Source: a virus. Taken from it: a DNA stretch of 64,000 bases. Position numbers and translations under genes: made by a program. Below, in pieces: positions 10,570 to 20,576 of this stretch; position 1 is the first letter of the stretch, and each line of letters opens with the position of its first letter. The notes under the pieces were generated by a model that was not told where the DNA came from, ran no database searches, and saw only the letters and a program-made list of their open reading frames with translations. The stretch is from the IMG/VR virus record IMGVR_UViG_3300030098_001779, positions 18,412 through 82,411 of that record; one strand, written 5' to 3'.

Positions 10570-10868
10570 TGGCTAAATATTACGAATTTACAAATTTTAC
10601 ATTTACTACAGGGCAATACAATGGTATGAGCCCTGTTATACTTACGCCTACTTTAGTAAGATTAGAAGAAGGTAGAAGTTTAGATAGATGGCTTGCAAAT
10701 AATACAGGCTACACAGAAAAGACCGAAACAGAAGCTAAGGCATTGTGGAAAACTTATGCTGAAGGGCAACTTGATGAAGATACAAGAGCCCCAGAACTTG
10801 ATATTGAACCATCAACACATAGAGTTTTGACTGACTTAGACGGAGCATGGGAGGATATTAATGGATAA
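10569..10868 (+). CDS. Hypothetical protein, cassette 1 gene C
   Basis: W...Y..KT..EA motif shared with 14971..15258. Confidence 0.55.
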   Translation: MAKYYEFTNFTFTTGQYNGMSPVILTPTLVRLEEGRSLDRWLANNTGYTEKTETEAKALWKTYAEGQLDEDTRAPELDIEPSTHRVLTDLDGAWEDING

Positions 10869-11481
10869 TTTTCCAGTATTATCAAAAGAACAAAATAAAG
10901 AGCTTACAGAATTAAAACAAGAATTAAAAGAAACAGTAGAAAAAAACCAGATATATAGAACAGAAATTCAAATGAGATATTCTGTTTTGCAAGATGGTAA
11001 GCAACCAACTAATGCTGCTAAATATTGGCAATGTGTTAGAGAACAAGCTGCGATGTATGACGAACTTACAAGAGATTCTTTTGCATTTAGAAATTTAATG
11101 ATTGATTTAGATGAAGCTAAAGATAAATTAAGTAAAGAATCTAATGAATTTGAAAAACGTAGATTAGAAGTAAAAATAGATGAACTTGAATTTAATAAAA
11201 ATACTATACTTAGAATAGGAAAAGATAGATTTAGAGAAATTAAACTATGGTCAAAATTAAAAAAAGAATTTGATGATGGTAGTTTTGATAGCACAAATGT
11301 ACATGAGTTTGATGTGCAAAAAGAAGCACACCAGATAAGATTAGAAAACAGGGCTGTTACATTAACAAATGGTAGTAATCAAGCAGAAGTTTTAAATGTT
11401 GTTGGACCTTTAGCAACTATGAGTGAAGAACACAAGCATTTATTAGATCCGAAAGAGTTTAAAAAACTTAATAAAAAATAG
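10861..11481 (+). CDS. Coiled-coil protein, cassette 1 gene D (possible fibre assembly factor)
   Basis: YRTE.[QE]MRYSVL.DG..PT.A.KYWQ.VREQ shared with 15251..15874. Confidence 0.65.
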   Translation: MDNFPVLSKEQNKELTELKQELKETVEKNQIYRTEIQMRYSVLQDGKQPTNAAKYWQCVREQAAMYDELTRDSFAFRNLMIDLDEAKDKLSKESNEFEKRRLEVKIDELEFNKNTILRIGKDRFREIKLWSKLKKEFDDGSFDSTNVHEFDVQKEAHQIRLENRAVTLTNGSNQAEVLNVVGPLATMSEEHKHLLDPKEFKKLNKK

Positions 11482-11490
11482 TTAAGTAGT

Positions 11491-11517
11491 CGGAAATCTA
11501 TAAAAAATAAGTATAAT
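11491..11517 (+). promoter_or_regulatory. Putative late promoter CGGAA-N14-AGTATAAT
   Basis: Intergenic, upstream of the second fibre cassette. Confidence 0.6.
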
Positions 11518-11536
11518 AAAACAAGGAGATTTTATT

Positions 11537-12562
11537 ATGGCATATATAGGTAATAAACCACCAGTTGTAGACAATTTAATAACTGATATAAAAATCGGAG
11601 AAGATGACGAAACTAAGATAGATTTCGCAGATGCTAATACTATAAACTTTCATGCGAATAACTCGAAAGAAATGGTATTAGTTGAAAACGCGTTGACTCC
11701 GGGAACAAGCGATGGTATTGCATTAGGTACGACTAGCCTTATGTGGTCCGATCTATTTCTTGCAAGTGGTAGTGTTATAAATTTAAATAACGGTGATGTA
11801 ACACTGACACACTCCGCTAATACCTTGACTGTAGCAGGAGGTACACTTGCGACAGCAGCATTGACTTCAAGCACTATAACTGCGAGTGGTATTATAAAAA
11901 CTGATGATACAACAGAAGCTACCTCTACTACAGATGGATCACTTCAGACAGATGGAGGTTTATCAGTAGTAAAAGACGCAGTATTTGGTGATGATGTCCT
12001 ATTATTGTCTGATAGTGCTGTGCTTAAATTTGGGGCTGATTCAGAAGCAACAATAACTCATGCAGATGACGCTGGATTAACATTTAACTCTACTACAACA
12101 TTTCAAGATGTGGTACTAGCAGATGATAAAACAATTACATTAGCAGATGAAGGTCAATTAATATTTGGGGATACTGCTCCATCAGCAGATCATAAAGCAA
12201 CTGGTGTTGTAGTTTCAATAGCATCAGGTGAGTCAGTAACAGCATTTAACGCTGTATATATTAGAAGCGATGGTGAAGTTGGTCCAGCAGATGCAGATGC
12301 AGCAACAAGTATGCCTGCAATAGGTGTAGCTTTAGAATCAAAGAGTGATGGACAAGCTACTAAAATATTAATATCTGGTGTATTAAGAGATGATACATAT
12401 AACTTTACACCGGGTGCAGATTTATTTATTGGTACAACGGCAGGAGAAATAACTGCAACTGCTCCATCAGGTTCTGGAGATACGGTACAGAAAATTGGAG
12501 TAGCTTTAACAGCAGACTCAATATATGTAAACTTTAATACAACAGAAGTATTATTAGCATAA
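11537..12562 (+). CDS. Tail fibre protein, cassette 2 gene A
   Basis: Paralog of 8309..9553. Confidence 0.7.
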   Translation: MAYIGNKPPVVDNLITDIKIGEDDETKIDFADANTINFHANNSKEMVLVENALTPGTSDGIALGTTSLMWSDLFLASGSVINLNNGDVTLTHSANTLTVAGGTLATAALTSSTITASGIIKTDDTTEATSTTDGSLQTDGGLSVVKDAVFGDDVLLLSDSAVLKFGADSEATITHADDAGLTFNSTTTFQDVVLADDKTITLADEGQLIFGDTAPSADHKATGVVVSIASGESVTAFNAVYIRSDGEVGPADADAATSMPAIGVALESKSDGQATKILISGVLRDDTYNFTPGADLFIGTTAGEITATAPSGSGDTVQKIGVALTADSIYVNFNTTEVLLA

Positions 12563-12571
12563 GGAGAACTT

Positions 12572-14965
12572 ATGGCAGATATAAGTAAAGTAAATGGTGT
12601 TGAAGTCGGCAACATTAGTAAAGTAGATAATGTTGAAACTGGTAATGTAAGTACATTGTTATCAGGTGAGTTTCCTGCACAACAATCAGATCCAGCCAAT
12701 GTTGATATGACATCGGGTGATAATGACCATCCAAATGGCAACACTGCATCAGACCAAACATGGGGTCCAGCATCAACTGTCGCTACGATTAGTGGTACAC
12801 AATATCTTTGTGTTGCTTATGGTGACCAAAACGATGGTGATAAAGCAAAAGTTAGAATTGCAACATGGAATGGTTCTGCATTAAGTTGGGGAGATGAAAC
12901 CACTATACATTCATCAGGTTCTTCTTATGCAAATGGTATATGCTTTGACCCGAACAATAATAGAATTATTGGCAGTTTTATGGTTTCTAATGGTGGTCAA
13001 AATTATAACGACTACCATGCTTACGGAGCAGGTATTGCTACATCAGGTAGTGGGGCTCCAAAATTAGAAAACATAGATGATGTGAGTGATGTATATCACC
13101 CATACGATGATGGTAGTAGCACTAACTATAACCAAACAGGTAAACACGTTGGTAATGTGATTTATGACGATAATGCTGACAGAGGTTTAATGTTTTTTGA
13201 AAAAGGTGGTCCTGATAGTGGTTCAAGTCATGGTGGAGATTATCACGATTTCGTAGTGGCTTCCATAACATTTGATGATGTAAGTAGTAACAATAATATA
13301 ACAGTATCAGATTTGTCAGTTGTAAAAGATGAAGGTGACCACGGATACGCAAGTTATGACCAACTTAGGAATAGAGTTGTTTATTTAACACAAGATGAGT
13401 CAGGAACTTATCAAGCAGAAGCAGGTACGATAACAGGTACAGGTGCTACGCATACAATTGCAAGCCCTACACAATACGCAGACCAAAGCGTAATTAATCA
13501 TGGTAATTTTAGTGGTGGTAGTAGTCTTGCTGGTCATGTATCTGATACTCATATGCAAACTATAGTTTTTGATGATACTAATAATGTACATCATGTTCTT
13601 ATGTGGGATGATGTGGTAAATGACTGGGTAGTAACTAATTTTTCAGTAGGTGCAGATAACAGTATTACATGGGCAACTTCTAATGGTCAACCTCTTAGGT
13701 CAAATGGTTTAATAGATCAATTTGCTGGTGCCATGACACAAGGCGAAACAGACCCAACTAATTTTTCGTATAGTCATGGTGATGGGCAACCATATTTTTC
13801 TTTTGGTTTTGGTTATAGTAGCAAGAGAGGTAGATTAGTAATCACGGGTCCATCATCATCTAACAAAACTAATGTCGTAACAAGAGCAGTAGGTTTGGTA
13901 TATAGTCCCACTACTGGTTATAACTATACTGGTAATTATCACGAAATACTTACAAATTCACAAGGTGGGGGTGGTTATCAAATTTCTACACCGAGTGGTA
14001 GTCATGCAACAGATGAAACATTTTTAAGTGGTGGAGTATTATTTTTTCATTACAGGCAAAATAGTGCTGTAGGTGGTGTTGTATATGGTTATGACCCCGG
14101 AGTAGGTCAAAGAACTGCTAGTGGTGGAATATTTAGTGCTTCAAATTCAGTTTTATCTACTGCAAGAACTAGATGTAATGGTTTTGGCACATCAAGAATC
14201 GCTTGTATAGCTGTTGGTGGTTCTAATACAAGTGGTACATATCTAGCATCAACAGAAGAATATAATGGTAGTGTTATAGTGGCAGGTGGTAATATAGCAA
14301 CTGCAAAAAATCAACCGGGCTCATGTGGCACATTAACTGCTGGTTTTGTACATGGTGGTTGGACAGGTAGTGGAAGTAAAACATCAGAAGAATATGATGG
14401 TTCATCTTTTACAAGTGGTGGAACATCAAGTTCAATAGGTGGTGATGGTAGTCGTGTAGCAGGAACACAAACTGATGCGTTAGGAGCAGGTGGATATATT
14501 AGTGTTTATAGAGATGATGTAGAATCATATAATGGTTCTTCTTGGTCTACAGAAGCAGACTCACCGGCAAATATAAATTATGGTGGCATGGCAGGTACAG
14601 GGCATGAAGATGCTTTTTCTTTTGGGGGATATCCGGGTTCTGTTTCATCTGCGACTTACAAATACAACGGCAGTTCTTGGTCAACATTAAATTCAATGTC
14701 TAATGGTCGTTTCAGTTATCAAGGTGGTGGAACAGGAGAAGACTTTTTACTTTTTGGTGGAGATAGAATAGCTAATAATGATGGAGAAATATGGAATGGT
14801 ACAAGTTGGGCAGCTTCTGCTACAAATGGTCTATCTAGTCATGACTTATATTCAGCTACACCAGATACAGACTGTGGTGGAACATCAGCATTAGTATCTT
14901 TTGGTGGCGGTACTGGTACAGCAACTGGCACTGGACAAAATAAAATAGTACATCACGATAGGTAG
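12572..14965 (+). CDS. Putative receptor-binding protein with two propeller-like regions, cassette 2 gene B
   Basis: ISKVNG N-terminal repeats; YD..N.R.V-type repeats followed by Kelch-like EEY[DN]GS repeats; ends HHDR versus LYDR in the paralog. Confidence 0.6.
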   Translation: MADISKVNGVEVGNISKVDNVETGNVSTLLSGEFPAQQSDPANVDMTSGDNDHPNGNTASDQTWGPASTVATISGTQYLCVAYGDQNDGDKAKVRIATWNGSALSWGDETTIHSSGSSYANGICFDPNNNRIIGSFMVSNGGQNYNDYHAYGAGIATSGSGAPKLENIDDVSDVYHPYDDGSSTNYNQTGKHVGNVIYDDNADRGLMFFEKGGPDSGSSHGGDYHDFVVASITFDDVSSNNNITVSDLSVVKDEGDHGYASYDQLRNRVVYLTQDESGTYQAEAGTITGTGATHTIASPTQYADQSVINHGNFSGGSSLAGHVSDTHMQTIVFDDTNNVHHVLMWDDVVNDWVVTNFSVGADNSITWATSNGQPLRSNGLIDQFAGAMTQGETDPTNFSYSHGDGQPYFSFGFGYSSKRGRLVITGPSSSNKTNVVTRAVGLVYSPTTGYNYTGNYHEILTNSQGGGGYQISTPSGSHATDETFLSGGVLFFHYRQNSAVGGVVYGYDPGVGQRTASGGIFSASNSVLSTARTRCNGFGTSRIACIAVGGSNTSGTYLASTEEYNGSVIVAGGNIATAKNQPGSCGTLTAGFVHGGWTGSGSKTSEEYDGSSFTSGGTSSSIGGDGSRVAGTQTDALGAGGYISVYRDDVESYNGSSWSTEADSPANINYGGMAGTGHEDAFSFGGYPGSVSSATYKYNGSSWSTLNSMSNGRFSYQGGGTGEDFLLFGGDRIANNDGEIWNGTSWAASATNGLSSHDLYSATPDTDCGGTSALVSFGGGTGTATGTGQNKIVHHDR

Positions 14966-14970
14966 GAATT

Positions 14971-15258
14971 ATGATTTATTTTTATGCACAACCATTAGAA
15001 AATTACAAACACACAGATGCAAAAAGATTTAAACTTACAGGATATCCGGGTGGTATATATAAAGCAATAGATAACGCTGATCATGGTGGTGGCATAGAAC
15101 ATTGCACAGAATGGGTAGAAAAGTATGGCTACACAATTAAAACAAAAGCAGAAGCACAAGAATTAGTAAATGCTGGTATAATAACCTTAAATAACTTAAT
15201 GTCAGATGAAACATTAGGTGGGCAAACACCAGTACAAGGAGGGATAACACTTGAATAA
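14971..15258 (+). CDS. Hypothetical protein, cassette 2 gene C
   Basis: WVEKYGYTIKTKAEAQ resembles WLANNTGYTEKTETEAK of 10569..10868. Confidence 0.55.
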   Translation: MIYFYAQPLENYKHTDAKRFKLTGYPGGIYKAIDNADHGGGIEHCTEWVEKYGYTIKTKAEAQELVNAGIITLNNLMSDETLGGQTPVQGGITLE

Positions 15259-15874
15259 TTTTCCAATGTTAAAAAAAGAAGATAATAAATTCTTAAAAGA
15301 ATTAAAAGCAGAATTAGAAGATACGCATAACAAAGCACAGTTGTATAGAACTGAAACTGAAATGCGTTACTCTGTGCTTAATGACGGTAGATTTCCTACA
15401 AAGGCAAGCAAATATTGGCAAGCTGTAAGAGAACAAAATGTATTTTATACTAATCTTAGAATGGAAGCGTATCAATACAGAAAACTTTTAGTTGAAATAA
15501 AAAAACTAGAGAGAAGTATTGAAAAAGAAAGAGATAATTTAGAATTAGAATTACTAGAAATAGAATTAGAAGAAAAATTGTGGGATAAAGATGAAAGAGA
15601 AAGAATGGGTGCTGACAGAGTGAGAGAAATAGAACACTGGTCTAGAATAAAAAAAGAACTAGATGATGGCACATTTGATACACAAAATGTTGATACTCAT
15701 CAAAAAGAATCTCTTAAATTACAATTACAAGAAAGAGCTAAAAACTTGACACCGGGTAGTAGTCAAGGTGAAATGATAAATGTACTTGGTCCACTAAAAA
15801 CAATAGATGAAGACTTCAAAAAACAAATTGAAGCACAAGAAAAGGCGATGTTAAATGGCAAAAATAATAGTTAG
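15251..15874 (+). CDS. Coiled-coil protein, cassette 2 gene D
   Basis: Paralog of 10861..11481; TTG start. Confidence 0.65.
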   Translation: MNNFPMLKKEDNKFLKELKAELEDTHNKAQLYRTETEMRYSVLNDGRFPTKASKYWQAVREQNVFYTNLRMEAYQYRKLLVEIKKLERSIEKERDNLELELLEIELEEKLWDKDERERMGADRVREIEHWSRIKKELDDGTFDTQNVDTHQKESLKLQLQERAKNLTPGSSQGEMINVLGPLKTIDEDFKKQIEAQEKAMLNGKNNS

Positions 15875-16157
15875 AAATTCAGATAATAAAGTTCAAGTCC
15901 TTGTTCCTAATAGTTCAGATGTGACATTAACAGATACAGAATGTACTTATGTTAAATCGAATGGCATAAAAACTACTGCTATTGATATAAATAGTACAAC
16001 ACATACTCTAATTGAAGATGTAACAGAACCGACTAAATTTCATGCTAATTGTTTTACATATATTGATGGAACTTGGACAATACTTACTGATGCAGTAACA
16101 AGTATGAATAAAGGTAGAGCCTTATATGATATACCTGAATTAGAAGTAGAACTTTAG
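15855..16157 (+). CDS. Possible tail fibre assembly protein
   Basis: EDVTEP..F...FTY.DGTW pattern; position after fibre genes. Confidence 0.45.
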   Translation: MAKIIVRNSDNKVQVLVPNSSDVTLTDTECTYVKSNGIKTTAIDINSTTHTLIEDVTEPTKFHANCFTYIDGTWTILTDAVTSMNKGRALYDIPELEVEL

Positions 16158-16167
16158 AATAAACGGT

Positions 16168-16194
16168 TGTAAATCTGTATAAATTTAGTATAAT
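16168..16194 (+). promoter_or_regulatory. Putative late promoter TGTAA-N14-AGTATAAT
   Basis: Motif match in an intergenic region. Confidence 0.55.
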
Positions 16195-16206
16195 AATAAG
16201 AGGGAC

Positions 16207-16236
16207 TTGACTTGGCTAGGTCAATTATGTTATAAT
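16207..16236 (+). promoter_or_regulatory. Sigma70-type promoter TTGACT-N18-TATAAT with TTGAC-N8-GTCAA palindrome
   Basis: ttgacttggctaggtcaattatgttataat. Confidence 0.75.
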
Positions 16237-16252
16237 ACTCTTAGGAGGAGTA

Positions 16253-16618
16253 ATGAAAAAGCTATACAGTAAATGGTCTGGAGAAGAATATCAAGTTCCA
16301 GAGCTAACATATAAAGTTCATTTTAAAAGAACTAAAACAGTAGAAGCAAAAATAAGAAGATATGAAAAGAATAATACTGCTTATTTTTTAACTACAAATG
16401 CTTTAGAAGATAAAAAAATAAAATGGATTGCAAAAGGTAAACATTTTACGCATGAAGGTCTAGATGAAAGAGTTTTTGGTAAAAACGAAGAACTTTTTAT
16501 AGATGGATCTGGATGGGTAAGTCAAAATGGTAAACATTTAATATATGGGAGAACTAAAAAACCCATACATATTAAAAATTTAGTTCCAGAATTATGGACT
16601 ATAAAGAGAAGAAAATAG
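16253..16618 (+). CDS. Hypothetical protein
   Basis: Strong AGGAGG RBS after the promoter. Confidence 0.65.
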   Translation: MKKLYSKWSGEEYQVPELTYKVHFKRTKTVEAKIRRYEKNNTAYFLTTNALEDKKIKWIAKGKHFTHEGLDERVFGKNEELFIDGSGWVSQNGKHLIYGRTKKPIHIKNLVPELWTIKRRK

Positions 16619-16626
16619 GAGGACAT

Positions 16627-16857
16627 ATGTCAGAAATAGATATACAAGGTGATTTAACTTTATTAGAAGCAGAGTTAAAGGCACTAACAGAACAATTGCA
16701 GAAACTAGAAGAACAAAGAGTGCAATTAATAACTAAATTACAACAGTTACAGGGAGCAGCAGCTTATTTAAGAGGTAAACAAGAACCTACACCTGATCAA
16801 ACTGTAGCAGAAGCGTTAGAAGAGAAGAAGGAAGAAGAATCAACTGATAACGAATAG
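16627..16857 (+). CDS. Small coiled-coil protein (likely start 16627 rather than 16594)
   Basis: AGGAGG RBS directly before ATG 16627; leucine heptads. Confidence 0.6.
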   Translation: MSEIDIQGDLTLLEAELKALTEQLQKLEEQRVQLITKLQQLQGAAAYLRGKQEPTPDQTVAEALEEKKEEESTDNE

Positions 16858-16866
16858 GAGGGCTAA

Positions 16867-17985
16867 ATGCCATCTACTGTAGAACAATATTTTGATAAAG
16901 TGGAAGTATTTGATGGTAGCTCATTTACAGATAGAACACTAGAGGCACAGTCACCAGCTGGTACAGCATTTGCTATACTAGAGGGAACTGACGACTTCTT
17001 ATATCTAGGAGATGCCTCTAAATTTGATATGGCATTATTTGATATTGCTACAGCTGGTAGTTTAGGAACTCTTAAATATGAATACTTTAATGGATCTGCT
17101 TTCCAAGAATTTATACCCATGTCTGGAACATACCAAAATGATCCTGACGATAATGAAAGCACATCATATGGATTTGGTGAAGATGGAGCAGAACTATTTC
17201 CTGTAAACAGATTAGGAAATTGGGCTGAAACAACTATAAATGGAGAGTCTGCTTTTTGGATTAGAATTAGTAGTCCTACCAGCACATCAACGGCACCTAC
17301 CATAAAGAGTATTAAAAAGCGTGGATTACAAGCATATTGTACTACAGCAGATGTATTTCAACTATTACAGTTAGGAAATGTCATAGGTGGAGATAATTTT
17401 ACTTCATCTACAACACCTAGCCTATCTGCAGTAGAAAACTACATCCACGAAGCCCAAGCTAAAATAGATTACTATACTAGAAAGTCATGGAGACCTAATA
17501 TAGCTTATCAAGAGTACCATGAATTTAACGTAAATGGTTTTAAATTAGATAGGCTTGATCCATATAAATTAGTAAAGCTACAAATTTGGAATGGTGCATC
17601 TTATGATACTAAAGATCAAGGTAGAACTCAAGACTTTTTCTTAGTACCAAATACAGGAATGGTTCAGTTTTCTAGATATTTTTTACTTCCTGCAAGATTT
17701 ACTTCATATAATGCTCCAGTCTTTAGATTTGGAGGAGGTGAATTTACTATGCCTATAAAGGTTACTTATTTTTATGGTCGAGATATAACAACAGACGGTA
17801 GAGATGGAGCTTTAGTAACAGATTTAACTAAAAAATTAGCAGCTATTGATGTTCTTAGACATGCTGACTACGGTGGAGTATCAGTAAGTGGTATGGACAG
17901 AGTGCAAATAGCTCAAAAAATTGATGCATATACTGCAGAAACAGCAGAGCTTCTAGATTCTCTCCGAGCATTTGAGGTATTTTAA
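16867..17985 (+). CDS. Head-tail connector/adaptor with an extra N-terminal domain
   Basis: YCTTADV...YIHEAQAKIDYY...IKVTYFYG adaptor-like pattern; position before tail genes. Confidence 0.65.
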   Translation: MPSTVEQYFDKVEVFDGSSFTDRTLEAQSPAGTAFAILEGTDDFLYLGDASKFDMALFDIATAGSLGTLKYEYFNGSAFQEFIPMSGTYQNDPDDNESTSYGFGEDGAELFPVNRLGNWAETTINGESAFWIRISSPTSTSTAPTIKSIKKRGLQAYCTTADVFQLLQLGNVIGGDNFTSSTTPSLSAVENYIHEAQAKIDYYTRKSWRPNIAYQEYHEFNVNGFKLDRLDPYKLVKLQIWNGASYDTKDQGRTQDFFLVPNTGMVQFSRYFLLPARFTSYNAPVFRFGGGEFTMPIKVTYFYGRDITTDGRDGALVTDLTKKLAAIDVLRHADYGGVSVSGMDRVQIAQKIDAYTAETAELLDSLRAFEVF

Positions 17986-18419
17986 TGTCTAATGAACCAA
18001 TGGCAGCTAAAGAATTTATTGATGAATTAAATTCTCAGTGGAATTCAAGTAATGTAACTGAACCTAATTACATCGTAGTTACTGGTGCTAATGAACAAAT
18101 AAGATATGATCTAAATAAAGGTGATTATATTATTGCTAGACCGGGAACTCAACAAGAAATTCCAATAGGTAACTACAAATATGCTGATAGAATATATGAA
18201 GTTGATTTAGAAGTCTATACAAATAATAGTAGACAGAGATTATATAACTTAATGAAAGAAATAAGAAGAATTTGCCATGTCAGAAGACATAGTTTAACTA
18301 ATTTTCAAAGAATTACATTTCAAAACTTTAGAGAAGATATGGATGAAAATGTAAATGTTTGGAGTGCAACTATAGACATAGAGCTAGTAAATAGTGCTAT
18401 TCTGTTGGAAAGTTCGTAA
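17985..18419 (+). CDS. Tail terminator / completion protein
   Basis: Size, position before the tail tube gene, V.LEVYT...R.RL..L..EIRRI pattern. Confidence 0.5.
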   Translation: MSNEPMAAKEFIDELNSQWNSSNVTEPNYIVVTGANEQIRYDLNKGDYIIARPGTQQEIPIGNYKYADRIYEVDLEVYTNNSRQRLYNLMKEIRRICHVRRHSLTNFQRITFQNFREDMDENVNVWSATIDIELVNSAILLESS

Positions 18420-18432
18420 AATTTAGTATAAT
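18406..18432 (+). promoter_or_regulatory. Putative late promoter TGGAA-N14-AGTATAAT
   Basis: Directly upstream of the major tail gene. Confidence 0.6.
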
Positions 18433-18449
18433 AATATAAGGAGAACAAT

Positions 18450-20204
18450 ATGGCTATACTACGAAGTGATCAATCACAAGTGACATTTGCGGCTGAAGCT
18501 GCCCAAGGAGGAGATCCTGAGTTAAATTCAGGTACTCGTCATACGGGTGGTTTTAATGGGTTAATCAACGACAGTAATGATTTACCTGCAGGAAGCACAC
18601 AAATCACCTACGATAATGGAACTAACACTCTATATGTAGGGGATTTTATTAGAATTGGTAATGTAAATGCAGGAAGTAGTGAGTCTAGCAGTGATGCTGA
18701 CACATCTACAGCTACTGAATATGAAATAAGAAGAGTAGTTCACTTTACAGGAACTACTGCAGGTATTATATTTTTAGATAGACCAACAGCTTTTTTTCAT
18801 GCAAATAACGAAATTATAATAAATATAGAATCTACAGCTAGTACAGGATCTGTAAGTTATATTACAGACGTACCGGGAGTGTATGAAGCAGTTAGCGTGC
18901 CTGATATGGCACCTACTATAGAGCCTAGATACTTCTTAGGCACTACTGCAAAGAGACAACCTGCTGAATTTTATGCTGGACAACAATCATTTTCAGGGGG
19001 TATATCAGATATGGTTTTACTTAACGCAAATCCTTTAAGATTTCCGATAGGTAAAATGACAACTGTACCATCGTCTGTAGCATCTGATACTATTTTACTA
19101 GATGGAGCTGTTAAAAAAGGTGATATTTTTATTGATTGTGATGGAAGTGATGTGGGTAACTTAGCAGTAAACGATTATATCCAAATTACAGATGATTCTG
19201 GAGGCACAGATACTTCAGAAGTTAGACAGATAATTGCAGAACCCGGAACTGATATATTTAGATTAGATAAACCATTAAGGTTTGATCATGCAGATAATAC
19301 TCAAGTTCATGAAGTTTCAGGTGGAGCTTCTCCTACAGGGCATTTTACACATACTATTACTCCTACAAATGACTTAGACACAATCTCTATGCATGTGCAT
19401 ATGAGAGATAGTGGTGAAACTGCAGCAAATGACTTCAATAGAAGATTCTTTGGAGGAATGGTAGACTCAGCTACTATATCTGCAGATGAAGGTGGACTGT
19501 TAGCTTTTGGATGGGATACTATAAACTTCTTAGGTATGACACACAACCAAGCTGATCAAGCTACTGTAGGTAATAATATATACGCTGATGGTGGGGGTTC
19601 AGAAGATGCTGGTATGCCTAAGTATTCTATAATGAATAGTATTACATCTAGTGATATAAACTTCCCTTCAAATAATCCATATTATTTTTCACAAGGATCT
19701 ATCTCATTATTCGGACAAGAAATTGCTAGAATAAGAAGTTTTAACATTAATATTTCTAACTCAACAGAACCTAGATACTATATATCAGGCAGACATGGTA
19801 GAAACAGAGGACCGAATGAAATTAGAGAGGGAAGAAAAGCATATACCATGAGCTGTACATTAGCTCTACCAGATACAACTTCTGCATCAGCAAACACATT
19901 TACTGGTACTACAGGTGCATTAGAAATATTCAAACAGTTGCTTCTTGAAGGTAACTACGGTGATGCAGCTGGAGCCAAAGGTTTCGCGGTGCAAGTAGTA
20001 TTTACAAGAGGAAGTAACGACTCAATAACCATTGATATTCCGGGAGATGGCTCTGCAGGAACTGGTATAAACAATCAAGGAGCATTTATAACAGGTGCTC
20101 CACACAATATTACAGGAGATGGATCTGCGATGCAAGTAGATGTAGATATGATTTTCAGAGATTTGAAAATTACTGTTCTAGATTCTACTCCATCTTATGC
20201 ATAA
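18450..20204 (+). CDS. Major tail tube protein with inserted repeated beta-domains
   Basis: F.G.MVDSATISA, FSQGSI, IRSFNINISN..EPRYY tube-like motifs; precedes the chaperone and tape measure. Confidence 0.65.
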   Translation: MAILRSDQSQVTFAAEAAQGGDPELNSGTRHTGGFNGLINDSNDLPAGSTQITYDNGTNTLYVGDFIRIGNVNAGSSESSSDADTSTATEYEIRRVVHFTGTTAGIIFLDRPTAFFHANNEIIINIESTASTGSVSYITDVPGVYEAVSVPDMAPTIEPRYFLGTTAKRQPAEFYAGQQSFSGGISDMVLLNANPLRFPIGKMTTVPSSVASDTILLDGAVKKGDIFIDCDGSDVGNLAVNDYIQITDDSGGTDTSEVRQIIAEPGTDIFRLDKPLRFDHADNTQVHEVSGGASPTGHFTHTITPTNDLDTISMHVHMRDSGETAANDFNRRFFGGMVDSATISADEGGLLAFGWDTINFLGMTHNQADQATVGNNIYADGGGSEDAGMPKYSIMNSITSSDINFPSNNPYYFSQGSISLFGQEIARIRSFNINISNSTEPRYYISGRHGRNRGPNEIREGRKAYTMSCTLALPDTTSASANTFTGTTGALEIFKQLLLEGNYGDAAGAKGFAVQVVFTRGSNDSITIDIPGDGSAGTGINNQGAFITGAPHNITGDGSAMQVDVDMIFRDLKITVLDSTPSYA

Positions 20205-20231
20205 GAAATAAAGTAAAGATAAGGAGGACAT

Positions 20232-20576
20232 ATGGGTTTCGATTTAGCAAAATATCAAATCAAATCTGATCCTAGTGAAGTAACAGTTGATATCCCTGAA
20301 ACAGGAGATAGCTTTGAAGTGACTGTAAAACCTTTAAGCTGGAGCAAACAGAATCAACTTCTGTCTAATTCAGTTATTATAGGTAAAAATGGAGTCACAA
20401 GTTTTGATGGAGATGCTTATGTTAAAGCATATCTAAAAGAATATATAGTAAAAGCTCCATGGGGACCAACAAATGAAGCCTTTCTAGTATCTATTGATTC
20501 TAGATTAGGTAAAGCACTAGAAAATTTAGTACCAAAAGTTGATGAATTAGATACTGATGAATTAAAAAAAGCGTAG
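20232..20576 (+). CDS. Tail assembly chaperone (gpG-like)
   Basis: Between tube and tape measure; ends in slippery TTA AAA AAA GCG TAG. Confidence 0.75.
   Translation: MGFDLAKYQIKSDPSEVTVDIPETGDSFEVTVKPLSWSKQNQLLSNSVIIGKNGVTSFDGDAYVKAYLKEYIVKAPWGPTNEAFLVSIDSRLGKALENLVPKVDELDTDELKKA
20564..20570 (+). other. Programmed -1 ribosomal frameshift site A AAA AAA
   Basis: The -1 frame (AGC GTA GAT GCC TTT TTG...) is open and continuous with the 20585..20821 ORF. Confidence 0.8.

Noticed and set aside
8309-12562. Near-identical fibre segments as a diversity-generating retroelement or invertible shufflon
   Set aside because: No reverse transcriptase or invertase in the window; both copies are intact genes in the same orientation and differ at synonymous positions, not specifically at adenines
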